This document shows, in pieces, positions 8,711-17,932 of a stretch of 38,304 nt of DNA. The notes under the pieces are model-generated. The model was not told the origin of the DNA. It saw only the letters and a program-made list of their open reading frames with translations, and made no database searches. The stretch lies in sequence record SRR31156797_4761. One strand, 5' to 3'. Every line of letters starts with the position of its first letter. Position 1 is the stretch's first letter. The position numbers and the translations under genes were made by a program.

Positions 8711-8808
8711 GTATGATGAAAAAATATGATTTCAAATAATATCGTAAAGTCATTAGGTTTAGAGTCTGTTTCGTTCTTTAGCTTTAGAGTCTGTTTAGGA
8801 GGATTCTG

Positions 8809-9423
8809 ATGACAATTACAGTTTGGCTATCACTATTTACTATCTGTTTATTAGGTGCGATGTCACCGGGACCAAGCTTAGCTATGGTCGCAAAGCATAG
8901 CCTCGCTGGTGGACGTCGCAACGGGCTTGCAACCGCTTGGGCTCATGCATTCGGCATCGGTATCTATGCGTTTATCACTTTGATTGGCTTGGCCGTGGTA
9001 CTTCACCAATCGCCACTGCTGTTTAAAACCATCAGTTACGCAGGCGCTGGGTATCTGGCTTATTTAGGCGTGAATGCTCTGCGTTCAAAAGGTGGGGTTG
9101 CTGCTAAGTTGGAGTCAGGGCAAACCGTGAGTGCTTGGCAGTCCGCCCGTGAAGGATTTTTTATTTCACTGTTAAGCCCGAAAATCGCTCTGTTCTTTAT
9201 TGCATTATTCAGTCAGTTTGTTGCTGTTGGGCATGAGCTGAGCAGTAAAGCGATCATTGTTGTTACGCCATTGGTTGTCGACGGCCTTTGGTATACTTTC
9301 ATTACGTTCCTATTATCCAGCCCATTGATTCTTGATAAGTTACGTTCTAAGGCGGTGATGATTGACCGACTATCAGGAGTAGTCCTGATATTGCTCGCCG
9401 TTCGAGTGCTGATGACGGTATAA
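8809..9423 (+). CDS. LysE/RhtB family amino-acid exporter
   Basis: SPGP motif, YLAYLG, SPKIALFF; ~6 TM; AGGAGG RBS. Confidence 0.92.
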   Translation: MTITVWLSLFTICLLGAMSPGPSLAMVAKHSLAGGRRNGLATAWAHAFGIGIYAFITLIGLAVVLHQSPLLFKTISYAGAGYLAYLGVNALRSKGGVAAKLESGQTVSAWQSAREGFFISLLSPKIALFFIALFSQFVAVGHELSSKAIIVVTPLVVDGLWYTFITFLLSSPLILDKLRSKAVMIDRLSGVVLILLAVRVLMTV

Positions 9424-9425
9424 GT

Positions 9426-9454
9426 AAAAAGCGCCTTCCTAGAAGGCGCTTTTT
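9426..9454. terminator. Bidirectional intrinsic terminator
   Basis: AAAAAGCGCCTTC-cta-GAAGGCGCTTTTT. Confidence 0.9.
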
Positions 9455-9460
9455 GGTTGA

Positions 9461-12400
9461 TTACTCGGCGGTAACGGTAAGTTCGACACCACTTTTATCT
9501 GTGTGAAGGTCGGTTTTACTGTCGAGTAGAAAAACACGGTCTGGACTAATGCTCTGAGCCTCGACCAGATAGGCTTTCACCGCTTTAGCACGTTCAGCAG
9601 CCAAGTTGCTTAGCGTATTGTTATTGATGTCGGTTGCCGTGACCAGTTGGTTATACAAACCCATATGAAGCACGGTATCAATTTCTTGATCAGAAACTTC
9701 GCCACCTTGGGCTTTTTCGCTGAGTTGCAGCTCCACCTTATCGCGTTCGTCATCGACATCTATCTGGATTTGTTCCTCAGCTAATTCCTCTATCGCATCC
9801 ACTAAGTCTGAAGATTCGTTAATACGGCTTGCGCTAAATGGTTGTGGAAGCGTTTCTAATCCACTGTTCACCAACAATGTTTGCTGTATTTGTTGTTCAG
9901 CTAAAGCGTGGCTATCTTCTGGTGCAGACACTGAGCCTTCCACGCTCACATTTAGGATTGGTCGCTCTGCTAATGCTTGGGCAAGTTTCTCTATTTTCAG
10001 TTTCTCTTGCTCATCTAAAGTCGCGAGACCCGGCTGGAAAGCGATATCGTTTAATTCGTCATCGGCACCCACCAAATCCGCCAATAATGAGAATGGTGCT
10101 GTGACCGCTTTGGTAATAACATTGGCAAACGCCTGCAGGATCACGCCGCCAAAGCTGAAGTCTGGGTCTTCAACGTCACCGGATACATCCACACCGAGAT
10201 CAATCACGCCATGGCGGTCTTGCAAAATCGCAATCGCCAGCGTAATAGGCAAGCTTGTCGCAAGGCTTGAATCACTGGGTTTACCTAGCTGAAGTTGATC
10301 GACTACCACATGGTTAGTACCTTGCAGTTGGTTGTTTTCAAGCTGATAGTTGAGATCCAGCGACAGCTGACCTTTGTCGATGTAATACCCTGCATAAGTA
10401 CCCGAGTATGGGCTGACTGATGTCAGCTCTACACTCTTAAATACCAAAGCAAGGTCAAGATACGGCTCTTTAATTAATGGATTGATTTCACCTTTGAGTG
10501 TCACCGGAGCGTACTTGTCCACTTTACCTTCAATATTGACGCTCGCTTTGGTGCCCGGTGTTGAGGACAGGTTCTTAATTGAGCCATCTAATAGCTCAAT
10601 TCCGGATGCAAAGTTTGGTGTCAACGAGTTATCTGCGAAAAATGCCGAGCCGTTATTAAACTTAACCTGTTTAACAATAATCGACATCGGATTGCTATCA
10701 TCCTTTTTTGAACTGATTTGCGCTGTTTTCGCTGCCTTATCGGCAGAGTGTCCACTCTCCTGAGTGACAACCAGATCACCGATATTGGTGGTTTGATCCT
10801 CTGTAATCATCACTTTTGCGTAAGGCGCATTCAGTGAAACGGTATTGATGAATAGTTGATTCTTAGCAGAGTCAAAGCGTAGTGAGTCCACAGACATTTT
10901 GTTCCACTTGATCAACGGCTCTCTGTCTATCGTGTCGCGGATAGATAAATTGGCGATGCTGGCAGAACCATCAAAGTGGATATTGTCTGGGCCATCTACT
11001 TTGTATTGTCCTTGAGTCGATAACGCCCCTTTGGTTAACTTGATGTTCAAATAAGGAGTGAGATAGGGCTGAAGCTGGGTGAGATCCAGTTTTTGAATCG
11101 CGACTTTCCCGTCAACAAGTTGTTGAAGGACATCTACACTGCCTTGAGTCGATATTTCACCTCGAGGCTTTTCTGGTTTTTGTTTGGGACTTGAGCTGAC
11201 AGCCAACGCGACGTCATAGTTGATCGGTTGCTTTAAATCACTCTGAACTTGTCCCGTTTTGACCGACATTGGAAACACGCGCCAATGAACGCCTTGAGAT
11301 TGCATTTTCTCGGTGAGATTGAAATCAGAGTCACTCATTGCGAATTGATTTAACGTTACCAACCAAGGTGATGAGTCTGCTGTATCTTGGTTCTCGATCG
11401 GTGAAACCTGTGATGGGGCTGGTTGATCGTTAGCGGATTTTGGCGTGAACAACGTCGCCAGATCTAAGCCGTTCTTGCCCATAACCGCATCGGCCCACAG
11501 ACCCTGCATAGTGAGTTCAGCGATGTTTATCGTCTGAGTTTCACTGGAAAGATCAATACCGTCTACCAGTAACGAAGGTAATTTCACTTTTTCCATTTGC
11601 TGGTCGCTAAAGGTTAGATTAAGGAGTTCAAATCGTCCCTGATGGGTTTGATACGTCAGTTCGTCAACCACTACCTTGGCATGATACTGAGATGCAAAGT
11701 TGAACTCACCCGCTGTTAATTGAGCTTCTATTTGTTCTTTCGCAAATGGCCAATACGGTGTTAAGGCAAAACGCTCTACTGAAATATTGCCAGTGACTTC
11801 AAGAGGTGAAAGTTGAAACTGACCGTTTAAAATTATCGTGCTCTGACCTGCGCCATTCAGGGAGAGTGAGTATTGGTTTGCACTTGTTGTCAGCGTTTCT
11901 TTGTTGTCATCGCCTCGATTCGGCAGACTTAATGTGTAAGCCTGGCTGTCGATGTTGTCGAGATTTACCGCTAAGTCTCGATAGTCTAAGTCGGCCCCAT
12001 TGTCATGGTTTGAATAATGGAAGGCACCTTGTGAGATAGACAAGTTATTGAGTCTGAGTGCAGGAATTGTAGTAGCCGCTTCGCTATCAGTCTGGTTTGC
12101 CGTTGTACTGGATGGAGCTTGCTGCTCGGCATTGTTTTCCAGCGTTTGTAAAATATCACTGAAATTAAATTGATCATTGTCGCCTGCACTGAATTGTTCA
12201 ACCCTCAATTGAGGTGCGACCAATGTGATGTGGTCGGCGGTTGGGGTTAAGGTGAACAGGCTACGCCAAAAACTGAGTTCTATTTCTAAGGATTGAAATT
12301 GAGCAAATGTTTGTTGGCGGTCACTTTCCAAAACCGCAAAATTATCGATTTTTGCTCTTAGCAAAAAAGGATTAATGGATACCTTTTCTAATTGGACTTC

Positions 12401-12577
12401 ACGCCCAAGCAGTTGGCCAAGCTGTTTTGGTGCTTGAGACTCAATGACGGCTGGTGCTATCAAACCGACTGCTGCGGCATACGTTAAGTATGTGATTGAA
12501 AGATATGTTGAGACTCTGACGAACTTAGGCGCTGACTTGAAACGAGTGTAAAACTGCAACGAAGCTTGTTTCATCAT
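9461..12577 (-). CDS. DUF748-repeat envelope protein with C-terminal OmpA-like module
   Basis: Single N-terminal TM, GREVQLEKVSINPF, three internal beta-rich repeats, LAIAILQDRHGVIDL..ITKAVTAPFSLL, LAAERAKAVKAYL. Confidence 0.82.
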   Translation of the reverse strand: MMKQASLQFYTRFKSAPKFVRVSTYLSITYLTYAAAVGLIAPAVIESQAPKQLGQLLGREVQLEKVSINPFLLRAKIDNFAVLESDRQQTFAQFQSLEIELSFWRSLFTLTPTADHITLVAPQLRVEQFSAGDNDQFNFSDILQTLENNAEQQAPSSTTANQTDSEAATTIPALRLNNLSISQGAFHYSNHDNGADLDYRDLAVNLDNIDSQAYTLSLPNRGDDNKETLTTSANQYSLSLNGAGQSTIILNGQFQLSPLEVTGNISVERFALTPYWPFAKEQIEAQLTAGEFNFASQYHAKVVVDELTYQTHQGRFELLNLTFSDQQMEKVKLPSLLVDGIDLSSETQTINIAELTMQGLWADAVMGKNGLDLATLFTPKSANDQPAPSQVSPIENQDTADSSPWLVTLNQFAMSDSDFNLTEKMQSQGVHWRVFPMSVKTGQVQSDLKQPINYDVALAVSSSPKQKPEKPRGEISTQGSVDVLQQLVDGKVAIQKLDLTQLQPYLTPYLNIKLTKGALSTQGQYKVDGPDNIHFDGSASIANLSIRDTIDREPLIKWNKMSVDSLRFDSAKNQLFINTVSLNAPYAKVMITEDQTTNIGDLVVTQESGHSADKAAKTAQISSKKDDSNPMSIIVKQVKFNNGSAFFADNSLTPNFASGIELLDGSIKNLSSTPGTKASVNIEGKVDKYAPVTLKGEINPLIKEPYLDLALVFKSVELTSVSPYSGTYAGYYIDKGQLSLDLNYQLENNQLQGTNHVVVDQLQLGKPSDSSLATSLPITLAIAILQDRHGVIDLGVDVSGDVEDPDFSFGGVILQAFANVITKAVTAPFSLLADLVGADDELNDIAFQPGLATLDEQEKLKIEKLAQALAERPILNVSVEGSVSAPEDSHALAEQQIQQTLLVNSGLETLPQPFSASRINESSDLVDAIEELAEEQIQIDVDDERDKVELQLSEKAQGGEVSDQEIDTVLHMGLYNQLVTATDINNNTLSNLAAERAKAVKAYLVEAQSISPDRVFLLDSKTDLHTDKSGVELTVTAE

Positions 12578-12681
12578 GGAGGGCCACTCCCAGTGTGATA
12601 CTTATAGTAATAATCAATAGTCCATTAGTTTACCCATATTTTTCAGCTACGTATAAGGGGTAATTCAACTTTTCTCATCAC

Positions 12682-12714
12682 AAAAAAAAGCCGCCTACAT
12701 CAGGGAAAGGCGGC
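12682..12714 (-). terminator. Intrinsic terminator of gap
   Basis: Minus strand GCCGCCT-ttccctgatgt-AGGCGGC-T8. Confidence 0.85.
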
Positions 12715-12806
12715 AAAATCGGGGGTGTCATCAGAAGTAGGCGCATAGGGTAATAACGCTTGCTTCGTCAGTATCGGTTTTTATTATGTTGTGGAGCTTT
12801 AATTTT

Positions 12807-14243
12807 TTACTGCGCTGGGTAAGTTTTGTAGCGAACACCCATCATCTGTTCCATACAGTGAACGACCTGACAGCTATAGCCAAACTCATTGTCGTACCAA
12901 ACATATAGAACACAGCGGTTGTCTTGAGCGATGGTGGCTGCACCATCGACAACACCAGCATAGCGTGAACCTACCAAATCTGAAGAAACGATTTCCGTTG
13001 ATTCGGTATAGTCGATTTGAGCTGAAAGCGCAGAATTAAGTGCCATATCTCTGAGGTAGGCATTCAGTTCATCTTTATCAGTATTGTTCTCTAAGTTCAG
13101 GTTTGCGATAGCCATAGATACATTAGGCGTTGGAACTCGGATTGAGTTACCAGTCAACTTACCAGCAAGTTCTGGTAGAGCTTTAGCCACGGCTTTAGCC
13201 GCACCTGTTGATGTTAATACCATGTTTAGGGAAGCCGAACGTCCGCGACGGTCTCCACTGTGGAAATTATCAATCAGGTTCTGATCGTTAGTGAAAGAGT
13301 GGACGGTTTCAATATGACCAGACACAACACCAAACTTGTCGTTGATAGCTTTCAAAATTGGTGTGATGGCATTGGTTGTACAGCTAGCAGCAGAAATAAT
13401 GGTGTCTTCTGGCTGAATGACAGAGTCATTAACGCCAAATACCACGTTCTTAATGTCACCTTTACCCGGTGCGGTAAGCAGTACTTTGCTTGTACCTTTA
13501 GAGCTTAGGTGTTTGCTTAAACCTTCGCTGTCACGCCATACGCCTGTGTTGTCGACGACAAGCGCATTGTTAATGCCGTACTGGTTGTAATCGACATCTT
13601 CAGGTGAGTTGGCATAGATAAACTGGATGTAGTTGCCGTTAACAATCAGTGCTTTGTTTTCATCATCAACGATAATGCTGCCGTTAAATTGACCATGTAC
13701 TGAGTCTCTTCTTAGCAAGCTTGCCCGTTTTTCTAAATCACCATGCTTACCGCCACGTACGACAATCGCACGTAAGCGTAACGGATAACCAGGACCACTC
13801 TTTTCGATTAAGAGACGAGCAAGCAATCGACCAATACGCCCAAATCCATAAAGAACAACGTCTCGTGCTTCATTGGTTTTATCACCGTTAAGCGCGTTAA
13901 TTAGAGCGGTTTGTAGGAAATCGTTGAGGGCTGATTCGTCTTGATGTTGTTGCCAAAACTGGTGAGCAAGTTGGCCGATGTCGATGCGGCAAGGTGATAA
14001 ATCTAACTCAGATAAGCCTTTCAGTATTGGCATTGTTTGAGTTAGGCATAAGGCTGATCCAGTGTAACGACGTGCAATACGGTGGGTTTTGATTATGTCG
14101 ATCGTTGCTGCGTTGATGAGTGTTTTGCCAAACAGGGTGATTTCAACACCTTTAAGGCGGTAGAGCTGACCAATTAGAGGTGACATTGATTCTGCGATCG
14201 TTTGGCTGCTGTGCCAATCGAAGAGATGTTTCTCGGGACTCAT
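12807..14243 (-). CDS. Glyceraldehyde-3-phosphate dehydrogenase, long form with ~125-aa N-terminal extension
   Basis: GFGRIGR Rossmann motif, catalytic ASCTTN, RVPT, WYDNEFGYS. Confidence 0.93.
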   Translation of the reverse strand: MSPEKHLFDWHSSQTIAESMSPLIGQLYRLKGVEITLFGKTLINAATIDIIKTHRIARRYTGSALCLTQTMPILKGLSELDLSPCRIDIGQLAHQFWQQHQDESALNDFLQTALINALNGDKTNEARDVVLYGFGRIGRLLARLLIEKSGPGYPLRLRAIVVRGGKHGDLEKRASLLRRDSVHGQFNGSIIVDDENKALIVNGNYIQFIYANSPEDVDYNQYGINNALVVDNTGVWRDSEGLSKHLSSKGTSKVLLTAPGKGDIKNVVFGVNDSVIQPEDTIISAASCTTNAITPILKAINDKFGVVSGHIETVHSFTNDQNLIDNFHSGDRRGRSASLNMVLTSTGAAKAVAKALPELAGKLTGNSIRVPTPNVSMAIANLNLENNTDKDELNAYLRDMALNSALSAQIDYTESTEIVSSDLVGSRYAGVVDGAATIAQDNRCVLYVWYDNEFGYSCQVVHCMEQMMGVRYKTYPAQ

Positions 14244-14566
14244 TGCAATTAACCTTTCACGTTATGTTGAGCTAATACCCACAGTTTGTACTGCGTTTGG
14301 TATGGGGATAAGTATTGTTATTTTTATGTGTCGGGATTGTAATGGCAGATCATTTATTCTGCTACGAAAAATAAATACCAATTATTTATCTGTTAACTTG
14401 GGCCAATTTAGATGTTTTTAGTGGTGGTTTAGGTATTAATACGTATTGATTATTTTTTCTTTCTATGAATTTTGCTTAATTAAAGCTATTTGGATCATGA
14501 AGCTTGCTTCGCTAGTCGTCATTTCGTTACATTAAAATCAGAACTAGCCCAATAAAACCGGCTTGC

Positions 14567-16378
14567 TTAAACACTGACGATTGCAGAGGGCGCGCCCCCC
14601 TGGATGTTTAATAACTTGAGAAATTCGAAAGGAGGAACCGGTTTAGAGAAAAGGTAGCCTTGATACTCATCGCACTTTTCTTGAGCGAGTAGGTTGAGTT
14701 GATCACTGTTTACTACGCCCTCCGCGGTAACCGTTTTTCCCATATTATGGCCGAGTTGGATAATGGTTCTGACTAACATGCGATTGTTATGATTGGTGCA
14801 ACACTCGTCAATAAAGGATTTATCAATCTTAAGCACATCGATCGGGAGCTGTTTTAAATAGTTTAGCGATGAATAAGCGACGCCAAAATCATCGATAGCA
14901 ACTCTAATGCCTAGTATTCTGAGGTCATTACACGCATCAATGACTCTCTCAGGTTGTTTCATCAATGTTGTTTCGGTTATTTCCAATTGCAGAAGGTGAG
15001 GTTCTAAATCGGAATCTTGAAGGGCCTTTGTTACCACGTGAAACATGTCGTCATACATGAACTGTACGGTGGATACATTAACGGCTACGCAGATATTATG
15101 GCCAGCATCTCGCCAAGCTTTAGCTTGATGACAAGCGGTGTTAATAACCCAGCGGCCAATAGGAATGATTTGTTGACTGCGCTCCGCGACGCCAACAAAC
15201 TCATCAGGCTTAATTAACCCTAGTTCAGGGTGGTTCCAACGTATTAGCGCTTCTGCACTGTGTAATTGATTGGTTTTAACATCCACTTTAGGTTGATAGT
15301 AGAGCGTCAGTTGATTGTGCTCTATAGCTTCGCCCAACTCTCGTTCAATTTGATAATTTCGAACGGTTTCATCTATTAAGCTATCGTCAAACCATTGAAT
15401 TTTATTTTTAGCGTTTAACTTGGCTCGTTTAATGGCGATATCGGCGTTGCGGCACCACATATTTGCGTCATACATAGAATCTTCCAGCGCCGCAATTCCA
15501 ATACATACCGTCAAACTGTAAGTTCGCTTTCCCAGGTGGAACGCTTGCTGGCTCGCTTCCCGAAGATACTCAGCAGTCTGTTGAGCGTAATGTTTAACGT
15601 CATAGGGGTGCTGCAATAATATGGCGAACTCATCGCCGTTAACACGATAAATATTAATATGCTTAAACTCCAAATTCGATAATCGATTGGAAAATTGAAT
15701 TAATATTTCATCCCCCTGCTGATGACCGAGTAAATCATTAATTTGTTTGAAGTCATCAAGATCAACCAGAAGTAATGCATATTTTAGCGCGTTTTTATGA
15801 CAACCTAAGCGTGACAGTTTTTCTAAATCTTGCCGAAAGGCTTTACGATTATGGAGTTGAGTTAACGAGTCGGTCAGGCTGTCCTTACGATAAGTTTCAA
15901 TTTGTTTTCCAAGTTTATGCCTATAGTAAACTCCCCCGGTTGCTAAAAGTGCAATGGTGAATAGTTCTATGGATGCTTCTGTAAATTCAACGAGTTGGCT
16001 ATCATTGATGGTTAAAAAATAATTACCAATCAGTATTATCGCAGTGGCTATTGGCCATAAAGAACCCGGGAAAATAGCCAGATAGCATAGTGGCACTAAA
16101 ATAAAGGATTGAGATAAGTTTTGTAGATTTAATGGCTCTATAAAACTGACGACCGTAATTAGAGCGAAAGATAATATTGCTGTAGCACGTCTTATCCATA
16201 GGTTTGAAGTGAAGTAAGCAGTGAGCATACAGATAGGGTAAACATAAACGTAATTAGCCGCTTGTTTATGCTCATTCAATAAAGTATGGGTGATGATACT
16301 TACAGCTATCAGATAAAAAACAGTAACAACAATATGTCTCTGATTCGTATTCATTGTTTTAGCTGTAGTGGAAGCCAT
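14567..16378 (-). CDS. Membrane-anchored GGDEF-EAL c-di-GMP enzyme
   Basis: ~5 N-terminal TM; DLDDFKQINDLLGH, RVNGDEF; EALIRW, LEITET, DDFGVAYSSL, KIDKSF, QGYLF. Confidence 0.92.
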   Translation of the reverse strand: MASTTAKTMNTNQRHIVVTVFYLIAVSIITHTLLNEHKQAANYVYVYPICMLTAYFTSNLWIRRATAILSFALITVVSFIEPLNLQNLSQSFILVPLCYLAIFPGSLWPIATAIILIGNYFLTINDSQLVEFTEASIELFTIALLATGGVYYRHKLGKQIETYRKDSLTDSLTQLHNRKAFRQDLEKLSRLGCHKNALKYALLLVDLDDFKQINDLLGHQQGDEILIQFSNRLSNLEFKHINIYRVNGDEFAILLQHPYDVKHYAQQTAEYLREASQQAFHLGKRTYSLTVCIGIAALEDSMYDANMWCRNADIAIKRAKLNAKNKIQWFDDSLIDETVRNYQIERELGEAIEHNQLTLYYQPKVDVKTNQLHSAEALIRWNHPELGLIKPDEFVGVAERSQQIIPIGRWVINTACHQAKAWRDAGHNICVAVNVSTVQFMYDDMFHVVTKALQDSDLEPHLLQLEITETTLMKQPERVIDACNDLRILGIRVAIDDFGVAYSSLNYLKQLPIDVLKIDKSFIDECCTNHNNRMLVRTIIQLGHNMGKTVTAEGVVNSDQLNLLAQEKCDEYQGYLFSKPVPPFEFLKLLNIQGGAPSAIVSV

Positions 16379-16577
16379 GGATTATCCTTTCCTTTAAATA
16401 ACCACTAAATTGCTCAAATTAAAATCGTCGATAATAAACGTCATTCATCAATGTATTTTTGCCTGAACATTAGTTTAGACATTGCTAAACCTAATTAATG
16501 TATCAAATGTATAAAATAGTTAAGAATGGCGTATTGTTAATCGTTTATATCAATTATGAGACAAAATAGCGTAGGAT

Positions 16578-16608
16578 AAAAATAACCCTCTAATGGTGAG
16601 GGTTATTT
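16578..16608 (-). terminator. Intrinsic terminator after dCMP deaminase
   Basis: AAAAATAACCCTC-taatggt-GAGGGTTATTT. Confidence 0.75.
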
Positions 16609-16614
16609 GGCGGA

Positions 16615-17079
16615 TTATTTATTGATTTCACTTATTGGCATTAAGTCCTGAAGTGGTAACCAGTTTACTTTCACTCCAGCTTGAAGAAACATTTCTTGGC
16701 TGACTTTAATTTTATCACCCCATCGGGAGAGAAAATCTTCGGTTTGTTCCGGACAGTGAACGGCGGAAATTCCTGTTTGGATGATTTTGGCTGCACAATT
16801 AGGGCAAGGGAAATGCGTAACGTAAATTTCGCAACCATCCAGATCTCGCTTTGCAAACAAAATAGCGTTTTCTTCTGCATGCAAGGTTTTGAGGTATTTC
16901 ATGTCCCTGTCGTCAGTATTTGCACTGTCTGAAATACCGTGAGGATATCCATTAAAACCAACGGATACGATTCGATTTTGCTTAGTAATTACCGCACCTA
17001 CTTGAGTTGAAGGGTCTTTACTCCAAGAGCTAACAAGTTCTGCCATCTGGTAAAAACGTTGTGCCCATTTCGAAATCAT
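16615..17079 (-). CDS. dCMP deaminase (ComEB-like, Zn-dependent)
   Basis: SKDPSTQVGA, GFNG, HAEENA, PCPNC motifs; start at MISKWAQRF with AGAGGAAG RBS rather than at 17217. Confidence 0.92.
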   Translation of the reverse strand: MISKWAQRFYQMAELVSSWSKDPSTQVGAVITKQNRIVSVGFNGYPHGISDSANTDDRDMKYLKTLHAEENAILFAKRDLDGCEIYVTHFPCPNCAAKIIQTGISAVHCPEQTEDFLSRWGDKIKVSQEMFLQAGVKVNWLPLQDLMPISEINK

Positions 17080-17293
17080 AGTTTGGCTTCCTCTAAAATC
17101 ATTGTATATACGACAATAATATCCTGAATGGGGGTGGGGGAGTCTAGAAAAATATTGATTTATGGCACTCTTTAAAGCTATAGCAATACGGTTTTCTTCT
17201 TGTAAGATGATGAACACCCAAGTAATCTCGAAATGAGGCTCAAATCCAACATGTGTCGGTTGCTCATGGGCTTTAACTTAATCACGGATTATC

Positions 17294-17896
17294 GTGTTAA
17301 ACATATGTGGTGACTTCTTGGAAAAAACCTCGCAATTTCTCTTAAACACTATCCAGTCACATTCTGAGCCTTACATCACTATCGGTGAGTTACTTGAGCT
17401 ACTGAAACGTCGATCTTATGGGGCGTTACTGATCATGCTGAGTTTGGCTGGATTAATACCCGGTATTTCCTTTTTCGCCGCGATTGCTGATTTCCTTTTG
17501 GGGTTGCAGATCGCTCTGGGTTTTCAAGCGCCACGCTTACCTAACATCATTCAAAAACAAAAAATAAATCAAGCCAAGATGTTAAGGTTTACTAAACGAG
17601 TCGTGCCTTGGTTAGTGCGTATAGAGCAATACATTAAGCCTCGTTGGGAACCGATATCGGGTGCCAACTATCGGCGAATTGTCGGGCTGATGATCTGTAT
17701 ATTGGCAGTGGTTGCGGTGCTGCCGCTACCTTTTATAAACTTTCTGCCTAATTTCGCCATTATCTGTTTGGCGTTAGGTATTATTGAGCGTGACGGTCTG
17801 TTTTTGATAATAGGCGGCGCGTTAGCGGTATTTGCCATATGGATTGGACATATCTTGGTCCGTGTTGCGTGGACTTCACTCATGTTGGCACTGTAA
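17294..17896 (+). CDS. ExoD-family exopolysaccharide synthesis membrane protein
   Basis: ITIGELLELLKRRSYG, LPLPFINFLP..LGIIERDGL motifs; the start could be the TTG at 17318. Confidence 0.85.
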   Translation: MLNICGDFLEKTSQFLLNTIQSHSEPYITIGELLELLKRRSYGALLIMLSLAGLIPGISFFAAIADFLLGLQIALGFQAPRLPNIIQKQKINQAKMLRFTKRVVPWLVRIEQYIKPRWEPISGANYRRIVGLMICILAVVAVLPLPFINFLPNFAIICLALGIIERDGLFLIIGGALAVFAIWIGHILVRVAWTSLMLAL

Positions 17897-17932
17897 TGTA
17901 TGGCATTAAATAAGATAAAGATGGGTATCAAA

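Noticed and set aside
12578-12806. Known riboswitch (c-di-GMP-I/II, TPP, etc.) ahead of the DUF748 gene
   Set aside because: No conserved aptamer motifs recognisable; kept only as an sRNA/switch candidate.
16406-16434. Sigma28-like TAAA...GTCGATAA
   Set aside because: 17-bp spacing and it points away from the adjacent GGDEF-EAL gene.
16615-17079. Deaminase as an anti-phage dCTP deaminase
   Set aside because: Only ~154 aa, lacks the N-terminal kinase-like domain of defence deaminases and has no defence-island context; fits a housekeeping dCMP deaminase.
17163-17178. Sigma54-like TGGCAC...GC upstream of the exoD-like gene
   Set aside because: GG-N11-GC spacing; sigma54 requires N10.
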